Below, piece by piece: positions 1-12,549 of a stretch of DNA of 64,000 bases; position 1 is the first letter of the stretch, and every line of letters starts with the position of its first letter. The notes beneath the pieces are model-generated. The model was not told the DNA's origin and did no database searches. It worked only from the letters and a program-made list of their open reading frames with translations. Where the stretch lies: assembly GCF_009914755.1 (NCBI RefSeq), contig NC_060947.1; one strand, given 5' to 3'. The DNA is from the human T2T-CHM13v2.0 reference genome, Homo sapiens. Made by a program: the position numbers and the translations under genes.

Positions 1-2250
1 CCGGATCTTTCCCTGGCAGCAGCAGGGACGCAGCGTGGGTCACGCTAACAGGGTACAGTTTACCCATTAGGGAAAGTCGGCGGAGACGGCCCTGTTATTC
101 CTCTTTTGCAGATGGCAGATTAATCCGGCAGCACCCGGCCTCAAAGGGACCGGCTGCTCGGCAAAGGGTTAACCCGTCGGCCGGTAATCGTGGACACGCG
201 CGCACACACACACACGCACGCGCGCGCGCGTCCTCTCCGCCTGCCCGAGCGCCCGCCGCGGCCCGCAGTGCGCCCGGGGCTGGGGGAGTAGCTGCGGGAG
301 GGGAGGGGGTCGGGGGAGGGGCGGGGCGGGCTTAACCAGGCCGCTCGACTGAGCCGGGGCCACCTCGCCGTCTGTCACTTAAATGATTGTCCTCCGCTCC
401 GCTCAGTGCGGTCAGTACGGGCTGTTAACAGGCAGTTGCAATCAGTTTCCGAAAGGTCAGCCAAGGTCCTCCGGCTCTCGCAGACGGAAGGCATTACGAA
501 ACCGCTTTTGTATCTGCAGGCACTTTAGAAAAAGAGGCGAGAAGGGGCGCACCGCAGTGCCGCGGCTGCTGCGACCGGGGGAGAGGGTCGGGGGCTGCGG
601 AGCAGAGGAGTCCGCACCCCCGCGGCCAGGGTCAGGCGGCGTGGATATCACCCGCGGAGTGACCCAGGGCCTCCGGGTTTCGGTGGGGAAGCAGGAAGGG
701 GGTGGGGAGCAGGCGGCAAGGGAAGGAGGAGTGGGAGGAAGTGGGAGAGGCGTCCTGGCTCCTCTCCTCACCCAGCCAACAGCCCACACCCGGACCCAGA
801 CGGGAGCGGGCGGCCTTGGACGCGAGGAGACCCCACTCGGACTCTCAGGCCCTCCTGGCGCCTGGAAGTAGGGAGGGGGTGTGGGGGGGGGAAAGACCCT
901 CGCCGAGCGAGCGAGTCCCAGCGCGGTGTCTGAAGACGCTGCTGCCGCCGCCGCTAGAAGTCGTCCATCAGCAACCAGTCCAACCTGCCAGTGATAATGT
1001 GCGATCAACACCAAATCACCCCCGCCAGGCGCGATCCATCATCGCAGCGCGCCGCGGGCCCGCGTGAGGCTGACTCGCGGCTGGGGTGGGGAGGGGGGGC
1101 GCGCGGAGCAGGAGGCGGTCGCCCAGCACACCCGGACTCTCCGCGCACCTCGCTGCCCCTCCTGGAGGCCTGCACCCAGGCGCTCATAACTCTCCAAGTT
1201 CCCCAGCTACAGAGCGAAAACCCAGTGGCTCCGAGTTCTGGGCACAGCTCACTTAGGAATCCGCGCGTCCTCCGCGCCCTGCTGTCGTGGTCACACCCTG
1301 CAAAGCCATTCCAGCCTCGGAGCTGCCCTGCCCATCCCCTCCCCCTCCTCCGAGAAACCGTGGCTGGCAGGAAATTAATATTTAATATCGTGAAATTGAT
1401 TAAAGGGCTGGAAGCCGGCGATGGGTTGGGGGGAAGGGTAGGGACTCCTAGCGTAATTAAAGATCTGAGAGTCGTGGTCGTTCCTTGTCGGCCCTGGCCG
1501 CACGTGGCCTTTGTGAAGCCGAGGCGGGGTCGGACTGGGCTGAGCCTGGCGAGCCGGGGTCAGGAGCCCGTGCAGCTTAGGCTCTGGCCCGCGCGGCCGG
1601 GTTTTTTCGGGGCGGGGGTAGGGCTGGGGCGGCACAGCAGCGGCAGGGGATGAGGAGGTGACCTTAGGGCACCCGGGGCTGCGCGCAGAGCCACTCTTCC
1701 CCTGCCCGCCTGCACCGTGGGCCACTGGAGCCCGAGGGTCGGGTGCTACAACTGCTGTCTTGCTTGTACAGCACAGAAGCGCCTTTACTGACCAGGTGGC
1801 CTCGAGGGCGCACCGCCTACCCCCCAGGCCCCCTTTCAGCAGCCTCACTCTGGGCCCCGCTTCGAGGCGCCTCCCCAACCCCTGACAGGAGTCTTCTGAG
1901 CCCCCCACGCAGCCCTTCGGGAGGGGAGTCAGGTTCACCTTTCCCCCTGCAACTTGGAAATCCTAGGGCTTAGGCGCCCCGGGGCCCCCCGCCGGTTCTC
2001 TCCTGTCCAGGCCCCAGCCTGGTACGCTCACGCCTGGGGCAGCTTAACTCGTTCAGCTGCGCTGCAGATGGGGCCTGCTGCTCGAAGCCGCTGTCTCCAG
2101 GGAGTCGTCACCGAACCAGCTCGGCCAGCCGCCTGTCGTGCCGTTTAAGGTTACCGCGCTTCCCGCGAGGGGCATCGGGACTGGACCGGGCAGGAGGTGG
2201 GTGCAGCTGAGGCTCCCTGGCCACCCGAGCTAACGCTAGGAGAGGAATTC
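1..2250. promoter_or_regulatory. CpG island block 1 (putative alternative promoter/enhancer)
   Basis: Very GC- and CpG-rich, free of Alus, with a GC box (GGGGCGGGG near 318-326) and G-runs. Confidence 0.85.
194..231. repeat. Alternating purine-pyrimidine (CA)n/(CG)n tract with Z-DNA potential
   Basis: acacgcgcgcacacacacacacgcacgcgcgcgcgcgt, 38 bp of uninterrupted RY alternation. Confidence 0.9.
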
Positions 2251-3249
2251 GGTGTGCAAAAGGTCAGCGGTAACCCATTGGCCCTGGCTACAGTTTAGAA
2301 GTCGAATGGTTGGCTTGGTGGTGGGGTGACCCCAGCTCACGGAGGCCTGGCTCCAAAGGGCTGATGTGAACTTTTTCTTGTATCTGATTTTTTAGTGAAG
2401 CACTCTGAAAAGTACCAAGTGTGCAGAGGGGAGAAAACACAAAACACATCAAGCTGCGTCCTTGGCCCTAATCAGGGGAGCAGGAAGGCCCTCCAGACTC
2501 CAGGCCCTCCAGACTCCAGGCCCGCTGTGGGGAAGGTCAGGACCACAGAGGATTAGGCCCAGTCTTGGGTTTATTGCTGTACTTGAACAAAGTGCCGGGG
2601 GCTGCCTAAACTGGAGCAAGAGAGAGGTAATTAAGAGGGCCTGCAGAAGGAAGTAAAGGCTGGTGTGGCTGCTGCCCAGGGTAGGTGGAGGAAGTGTTTT
2701 CCATAAGAATAACAAGCCGGTGCAAATGTTATGCAGAAAGACTATTTCACCAAAACAAAACCAAAAAGTTCACATTCTGCCTCTCAAGCTGAGCTGATAA
2801 ACAACATGCAAACTTTGGTTGGAACCTTGAACCAGTGGGAGGTGTCAACCCAGTTTACAAAGGGTAATGGGGAACCGTTTCTGGGTACTTCTCTGTTTCT
2901 ACCATTGTGATTCTACCTGCATTAGCTGCTCCCTTTGGGGGCCCTTCTGACCTCCCAACCTGAGCCCAGCGGGAGATCACTCAGAATGCACCGCATTCAT
3001 CAATGCCATTTCTGGTAAATTGGACCTCAGGTTTTGGAGTGTCCTAGGAGGCAGGCAGCCTACACTGCGCGCATACCGATGTCACAGCAAATGTGAGGAA
3101 CCGCACATATTCTGTAGCCTTTACTGCCTTTACTAGAGAATACCGTGGATTTCACAACCAGAAGTAGCAGATTTTCCAAGACATTCCTGATTTCAAGTGC
3201 TTTGAGCCCTGTGTTTTTACGGGGCATGAAGCCCTACCTGCGGTTACTA

Positions 3250-3960
3250 ATGTCGAATTGCGCACCAGAGGTGTCCCAGGGCTGGAAGAAATGGCTTGGG
3301 TGTGGGGCTGGCACCCAGTGGTCCCCGCTGGTCCCCTGTCCACCATGTCTAGCCAGGCGGCCATCCTCCTGGCCGTCCCGATCCCAGCCGGGGCCCGTCC
3401 AGGTAGGGCTCCGGGCAGGGGGCCTGTCAGGACGAAGTGGCAGGACTGGCCCTCGGGGTCCCCGTGGGTAAAGGAGGAGCGGCTTCGCGCCCTGGGACAG
3501 CGCGCGCCCCGGCTGACACGGGGCTGTCGCCGCTTCTCCCCCGGACGCGGGCGGCTGCGCACCGGCCGCCATCTTGGCCCGGCTGCGCAGGCGGCGCTGC
3601 CCCCGGCGGTAGGACCGCGGAGCCGCAGGCTGGGCCGGGGCTGCCGCGCGGGCGTTCCCGGGCTGCCGGGGGGCGCTCCCTCCCGAGGCCCCCCTCCCCG
3701 CTGCGGGCCACGCTGACCCAGGTCGGGGACGATGGGGCGGCCGTCCCTGGTGAAAGCGTGGCCTGTAGTGTCGCCCCTCCTCGAAACGCTGGAGCGGATT
3801 TTAATCCTGAGAAACGACCTCTGGTTCCCGGACTCCCGCGATGGTCAACGTGTTATCGCTTCTCCCGCGCACCCCAGAACTCTGTCCCCAGAGGCAACCT
3901 GCCGAGGCAGCTGGGGGTGGGGGGCGAGGCCTACCCACCGTTCACAGGGCGCTGTTGAGG
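3250..3960. promoter_or_regulatory. CpG island block 2
   Basis: Dense CpG in unique sequence. Confidence 0.85.
3565..3576 (-). promoter_or_regulatory. YY1 consensus site (CAAGATGGCGGC)
   Basis: GCCGCCATCTTG on + is an exact match to the canonical long YY1 motif. Confidence 0.75.
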
Positions 3961-4549
3961 CCAGAGAGGATTTGAGAGTTACCACGGTTTAGGGCTCCTG
4001 ATTGGAGAACACTGGAACTTTATTTGTCCACTTTTTGAATTTAACATGCATTTATGGAGCGCTTGCTAAGGGCGAGGCGCTGTGTTAGGACCTAGGGGGA
4101 TCCAAAAGTACAGAAGTGAATTTTTAAAAGACACCTTTGGCCCCCTCAAGTAATTTACAATCTAGTTGGAAAGGCAGACTTGTAAATGACTGAACACAAA
4201 TAAAAGGCACCGTGAGGTGAACGTAAATAAAGGGCATGAATCTTGCAGTAAATGGCCTGGGTAAAGGCCAATTATTTTAAAAATAATCTTTATTTCTAAA
4301 AATGTAGAATCAGTTCGGGGGGGAGGGGAGGGTAAAGATTTACTAATACTGAATATTTCCACGGTTCCCGGGGCTAACAGTCATTACTTCTGAAAAGTTG
4401 TTGTTTAGGAAAAATGATGAAAGTTTATTTCAACCAAGCAAAATATCAAATATCAGAAACTCTGGATTAATTTCTCAGCTCTTGACATTAGCTGGGTGGG
4501 ACAGACACAATTTCCCACCAAAACACAATACCCCATTTGAAATCAGTAA

Positions 4550-4887
<338 letters not shown>

Positions 4888-5339
4888 AAAAGTTTTAGAA
4901 AATAAAACTAAATGGAAGATTGGAAACTTTTTGAAAAAGTTTTCAGATTTAAAGAAAATAGGGATTAAAAAAAGAAACACAAAGCAAAAAAAGATCAGCC
5001 CATTTGCAGATGGTCTTCAAGATTTGGACATGCAGAAAATTGTCCTCAGATTAATTGTACAGAGGTTGGAAAGTATGGGAAAAGTAGTCATAGGTCAAAG
5101 AAAATTAGGCAAATATAAAAATGAGGCAATTATTAACTCCAGGAAAAAAAAATCTTACAAGAAAGGAACTGCAATCACTGAAGCTCATTTGGCTCAGCAA
5201 TGAATGATATATATGTGGTTACAAAGTAAACACTGGATATGAATTTAGTAAGGCATTGTGCTCTAGTGCTATGGTAAGAATGGAGAAGGGAAAGTATGGT
5301 ACAGAGATCTGAAATCCCCCTCCACCATCAGATGGTTGA

Positions 5340-5657
<318 letters not shown>

Positions 5658-5664
5658 GGATTAC

Positions 5665-5771
5665 TTTTTCTTTTTTTTCTTTGAGATGTAGTCTCACTCT
5701 GTCACCCAGGCTGGGCTGGAGTGCAGCGGCGCGACAGAGCGAGACCCTGTCTCAAAAAAAAAAAAAAAAAA
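5665..5771. mobile_element. Fused inverted Alu 3'-end remnants
   Basis: An antisense Alu 3' end joined directly to a sense Alu 3' end with poly-A. Confidence 0.8.
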
Positions 5772-5866
5772 TCAGTCAATCAATAAAAAGAAGGCTCCCA
5801 AAGACCTCCTCAACCAGCCCATTACTGACACTAGAAAAGTTCCTTTTTGGAGTTGTTTAATTTTGA

Positions 5867-7050
<1,184 letters not shown>

Positions 7051-8837
7051 CTGTTAGGGTCTTGCACTCAAACACCTACATCAAGTACATAACGGTCTGC
7101 AGTGAACAATATGCCTTAAAATCTTCATATTCATAAACCAAAGAAACTCCCTCTGCCCAAGAAACAAATCCCATCTTGCTGGCTAAACAAGACACATAAG
7201 TAGGGTGACACTCCTGTCCTTCTCCCACCCACACTCCAAATAAGGCCTAGGAGGGACCCAATAACTTACGAACCAGTGCCTGCAGATGAGAGGTAACAAA
7301 ACAAAGAGAGTGTATATAGGCCTACCGCGCCAACATGCTGGGTCAACACTGGCTTGGTCCAGTCTTAGGCTGATCCAGTGTGCTCCCAAGAAACCCTTTT
7401 GACCTCTATCTGTCCTGTGTCACCTTCTCTTTTCTTCTGGATCAGAGACATAATCTCTTTCTCCTTTGCCCTGAGAACAGAGCTGCCAGTAGCCTATTCT
7501 GTGTTTTGGCTGGGGACCTTTGTGCAGTACACAAACTGTACAATGTAATACAGTGACCCTGCCTGAGAAGCCAGCTTATTTCAAGGGCCATCCCCTGAAT
7601 GTCGCTTAGTTCTGACCCACCTGCTGAATCTGGGTTTCTTTGTTTGGGTCTCAGGATAGGAGTTGGCCCTGCAGACCCAAAATCACCTCAAGGGAGGCTA
7701 GGGTGAACCAGATACATCCTGGGAAGCCGTGGTGAGGTCAGGAAAGGGGCAGGTGTGGCAGAGTTCACCCAGGTGTATTACACTAATTCGGGGCTCCAAT
7801 CTGCACTGAGGTCTAAAATCTGAACGTCATGCCTCCAAAGTCTTACTGAAAATGAAATCTTCAGGAGGGGAGAGGAAAGCAGGCCAGAGGGTACACATGC
7901 CTTTTGGATTTTCAAAAATGGGAAAATGATTAGATTTTGGATTTAGGGAAGATGTGTCATGTTAAGGGAGCCATAGAAAATAATAACTGCCAATTCCCAA
8001 GCAAAACAAAATCATGTTTTCCACCACGTTTCTATCTGTGTCTCCTAGTCGAACCCACAATAAACTAGCAGATCAAATAGCAGATCAAAGGCAGAGGCAA
8101 ATACAATTATGCCCGTGAAACCTCTAGCATGAAATTAGAAGTCAAACTCTCCATTCAGGGGTTAGAGACAAGGATAATGGGAACCTGGGGCCCTAGAGAT
8201 GTACCCAGGCCCTTTCAGTCACAACACTATCCATGCTGGATATTTAAAACCACACCTCAGGGAGGGCACAAATAGTAAGTATTAATTGTTTTTCCATACA
8301 CACTACAGGAAATGCATTGACTACATTCCTAGCTTTGTACCATATAAAGATAGCTGTATACTGGTGGTAGAGGGGGCGGTGACTTATAAGGCAATAGTGA
8401 AAATAATGTTGTTGGGAGCGATGAAGGGTTACTAGATCTTCCCCAAGACAGTAGGCTAAGGATGGCGGCAGATAGAATGCTAATCTTTTACCTGCTTCCC
8501 TTTCAATGCAGAAGAGCCTAAAACCCATCTGATCCCACCACTCAGTTCTCCCTCAGTCCTTCCCACATTGGACAAGATCATAGAGACAGCTGTCTTGATA
8601 TATTTTCTATTTTTCCTAAAATCCATATTTGCTTTATAGGCTCTATTTCTTTTACCCTGGCCTAATTTTAGCTCTCTGAGTCCCCCTGCCCCCATATAAT
8701 TTATGAGGCCTCTTGAGGGTAGAAACCCCTATTACAATGTAGACTAGTCTGTTTAGAGCTACTGCTAATTAAGCTTAGCTCTCAAAGGTGCCTGGTATGG
8801 CTTCCCCTACCACCTTCCCACCCCCACCCCCACCCCA

Positions 8838-9585
8838 CCATGGCCACAAGTTCTTTGACACTCCTCCCAAGTGGAAGTAGGATCTCTGTCCCTTCCCCTT
8901 GAATCTGGATGGGTTTGTGACCACAATCGCAACCAATGAATATAGACTTCAAGGGTGGATTAGAAAAGGTGATGCAGCGGGCCAGGCACGGTGGCTCACG
9001 CCTGTAATCCCAGCACTTTGGGAGGCCGAGGCAGGCAGATCACCTGAGGTCAGGAGTTTGAGAACAGCCTGACCAACATGCTAAAACCCCGTCTCTACTA
9101 AGAATACAAAAATTAGCCGAGCATGGTGGTGCATGCCTGTAATTCCAGCTACTCAGGAGGTTGAGGCAGGAGAATCTCTTGAACCTGGAAGGCGGAGGTT
9201 GCGGTGAGCCGAGATGGTGCCACTGCACTCCAGCCTGGGCGACAGAGCAAGACTCCATCTCAGAAAAAAAAAAAAAAAAGGTGATGCAGCTTCAGCCTTA
9301 TTTACTGCAATGCTGGTTTTCTGGAGCCCTGAGCTGCCGATTTGTAACTTAAAGTCCTATTACCCTCAAGGCACCATACTGTGAGGAAGCCCATGCCACA
9401 TAGAGAGCCCTGTGCTCATGCTATGGGACACAGCTGAGGTCCCAGCCAACAGCCAGACATAAAGTAAAGACCCCTCCGGATGCTTCCAGCCTCCAGCTGT
9501 TGAGTCCACCAAATTCTGGACCCACAGATTCCAGGAGCAGAATTAAATTGCTTCTGAGCTCCCTTGTAGCTGACATGCTATAGGG
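8838..9585 (+). mobile_element. MaLR MLT1-type LTR interrupted by an Alu
   Basis: MLT1-like motifs (ccccttgaatctgg, tgtgaggaagccc, gaggtcccagccaacagcca). Confidence 0.65.
8980..9279 (+). mobile_element. AluS SINE with TSD AAAAGGTGATGCAGC
   Basis: Full dimer with poly-A; 15-bp direct repeat at 8964-8978 and 9276-9290. Confidence 0.93.
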
Positions 9586-11007
9586 GAAGAGATCAATTTC
9601 ATAACTTATTGCTAAATCCATGGAAGAAGGTGAACTGGGTTAAAAACAAAAGTGTGACAGGCAGGAAATTTTTTTTAAGGAAATTTCTGATCATAACCCA
9701 AATCCCCCACCTTTGATAACGCAGTGTCTTATTCTTTCTGAAATCCCTGTAGGACAGTGACCTGTGTCTTCCTCAAATCTGATCTCACATTTTCCCTAGA
9801 GGATCTGGGTAAAGGACCCTAACTATTGTCCCCTCCTGACCTACATTGGCTGCACAAGGGAGCCAGTTCCCTAGGCAGGAAGGGAGAGGGGCAAAGCATT
9901 TCCACCAGGCTGGTTTTGCTCTCCCTTCTCTTCTCTTCTCTCTTGTTTTTCTTGCCTCTCCTGGAGGGTGCTCATCTCAGGGATAGGGAGGGATGAATTA
10001 TGCAAGAAGTGTTAGCTTACTTCATTTTCTTCCCAATTCCCCTACAAATCCCACACCTTTTCATTCTGACCCCGACTACCAGACTTGTGTCACACACCAA
10101 ATGCCATGAGCTTCCATTCACAAAGCTAGGAATGTGCAGCAGTGCAGCTGGCCTCTGTCCCCCACCGTTTCCTCCTTCTCTGAGCCAGGCACTCACAGGC
10201 CCCTGATGCCCAGGCGGCCCATGGACCCTGACCCTCAGGCTGCCCTCCTGGGGAAGTGCCAAGCTCAGGGAGATGGGAGGAGGGGCTGAAAGACATCTGG
10301 AATGTGATGGACCGAGGAGGGGAATGGGGAGAGCCCAGGTCTTACCCCCACTCTCAAACAAGCAGAGCAGCCAGGGAACAGGCAAAAATGATAAAGCAGC
10401 TTGCAATGGGGAGAAAACCAGGCCACATTGTGTGGGGTGGGGTGGGGGATGAGAGGTGGGGAGCTACTGAGCAGACCAGAAGGAATAGCAAAGAGACGCA
10501 GGCAACCCCGCTTCCCCTCCCCGCCCTGCCAAATGCCAGAGGATGAACCCGCCAAAAATAAAATACAGCCATGATTACTGGAGCAGAGGTCAAAGCTGAA
10601 GGGGCAGTTCTCCTCTTGACCACAGAAAGCCAGCACCAACTGGGATTATCTGCCAGCCACTCATCTCCAGCAGCCTGGTCCGCAGTGCACAACTAGGCCC
10701 CAGCCACAACCAGCCCTGTGCAGGAGAGTCCAAGGGTCTAGGACCTGCCCCTTCCCCAGAGCCTGAGACCAAGGCTGGCTTGGCTTCCCAAGTTCACAGC
10801 TTTGGAGCTGCTTGCCCTGTTGGACAGTGCAGTGGGGTCCTGTGGCTCCAATTCACACAGTTTAGAAACAATTCCTTCTTCTGATCCAAATCCCAGGCCA
10901 GAGAGACCTGTGCCTAGCTAGGGTGTAACACAAACCTTCCTACTTACAATTCAAACAATATCAGTCCAAATCCTCTCTTCACTCCTTCAAGAGCAAGGGC
11001 ATGAGAT

Positions 11008-11181
11008 TATCTATCTATCTATCTATCTATCTAGTTTTGCTTTGTTTGAGAGAGTCTCACTCTGTCACTTAGTGGCACAATCTCAGCTCACTGCAGCCTT
11101 GACCTCCTGGGCTCAAGTGATCCTCCCACCTCTGCCTCCCGAGTAGCTAGGATTACAGGCCTGAGCCACCACACCCAGCTA
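11008..11181 (-). mobile_element. (TATC)n microsatellite followed by an Alu monomer (FAM/FRAM-like)
   Basis: tatc repeats at 11008-11033, then a single old Alu arm. Confidence 0.75.
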
Positions 11182-11224
11182 GGGCACAGTATTTATTAAA
11201 AACTTTATTATCATCTTCCTGGTG

Positions 11225-11520
11225 CTTCACCTGCAACTACTTCATCGGATCTTTCTCCAATTTTTTGATGTAGGCATTCTCATACCCATTTTGTAGATAA
11301 GGAAACTGAGGCTCAGATAGGCTACACAACCACTGGGGGCAGAGCTCCCATCTTAAGCCCGTATGCATCTTGATCCAGAGTTTTCCATCGTAGCTTGTGA
11401 TCTCCCATCTTGATTACTTATTTTGTGCCAGGTCCCGGGCCGGGCCTGCAAAGGTGAATAAGACAGTCCCTCCCCTTAGGGAGTTCACAGTTTAGTAAGG
11501 GAGACAGACTGCAACACAGT
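11225..11520. mobile_element. MIR fragment followed by an L2 3' fragment
   Basis: MIR core cccattttgtagataaggaaactgaggctcaga; L2-like gtgaataagacagtccc...ggagttcacagtttagt. Confidence 0.65.
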
Positions 11521-12549
11521 GGGACAGCAGCTCTGACCTCTGAATTCGGGTTGGTGGAAGTACCATGGGAGTCTTTGTGAACATCTCCATCATCACTGCC
11601 CCTTCACCCCGGCTCTATTTCCTAGCCCCTCTGGTTCCTTCTCATAGGCTGCTCCTTCTTGTCCTTCCTTAAGACAGACACTAGCTGCTGGCTTCCCTCC
11701 CATGCCTTTCTTTCCTCCTGTTAATGAGGTCTGAACCCACACACCTGGCAGGAATCTTGGCACCCTACCTGCTTGGAGAGGTTGCCTTAGTTGAGTAAAC
11801 TTCCTTGGCTTCTGGGGCCCCAGGGGAGAGGCTAGACCCTGACTGCAGCCCCAGGCTGGCTCAGGTGGAAAGTGGGCACAGGGGCCCCAACGCTGAGCAG
11901 GCTGGTAGGCCCTCAAAAGGCTTTTATTGAAGCCTGTTAAAGGGCTTTGGGCTTCCTCTGATGAAAGGCGCTTAAGTGCATCTGGTTATGATTACAGGGG
12001 AGGAGAAAGCCAGGCGGTCTCTGGGGGGTTGGACCAGTCATCTGGCTCTGCCTTCCTCAGGGCAGAGCTGGCTGCTGGTGAGGCCAGGAGGCCAGGTGTG
12101 GGGGCAGGCAGGAAGCAGGACCAGTACAAAACTCTCCAACTCTCTGAGGCTCCTGACCCCAGCCTCTGACTTTGTCAGGCTGGACTACCAGAAACAGCAT
12201 CGGGGCTCAGAAGTGCCAGGCTCCTTTGAGAAAATCAAGTTCAGAGTGGCTGCTGACCACCCCTGACTCACAGCTCTTCACTGATCTCCACCTCCCTCCA
12301 TCTCCAAAATATCCTCCCAAGAACCCCTGACCCTCCATCTACCTTCTCCACTGCTCTTCTCCCTCGGAGGAAGTTAAAATAGGCTTTTGCCACAAGGGTT
12401 TCTGACAGTGATAAAAACTAAGGAAATGCAAACTTTCAAAAGTTAAAAAACCTCAACGTTTGCTTTCTCTTTTTCAACTAGCCAGGTATTGTTTCCCATA
12501 AAACAGACATCGTTAAGGCTGTTTCACGTCACTGTAACTGACAACCATG

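Noticed and set aside
169-2148. Overlapping 120-220 aa ORFs in CpG block 1
   Set aside because: Pro/Gly/Arg/Ala-rich, present in several frames on both strands, many with non-ATG starts and no recognisable domain; expected in stop-poor GC-rich DNA
2486-2523. 16-bp tandem duplication aggccctccagactcc x2
   Set aside because: Ordinary slippage duplication with no other supporting signal
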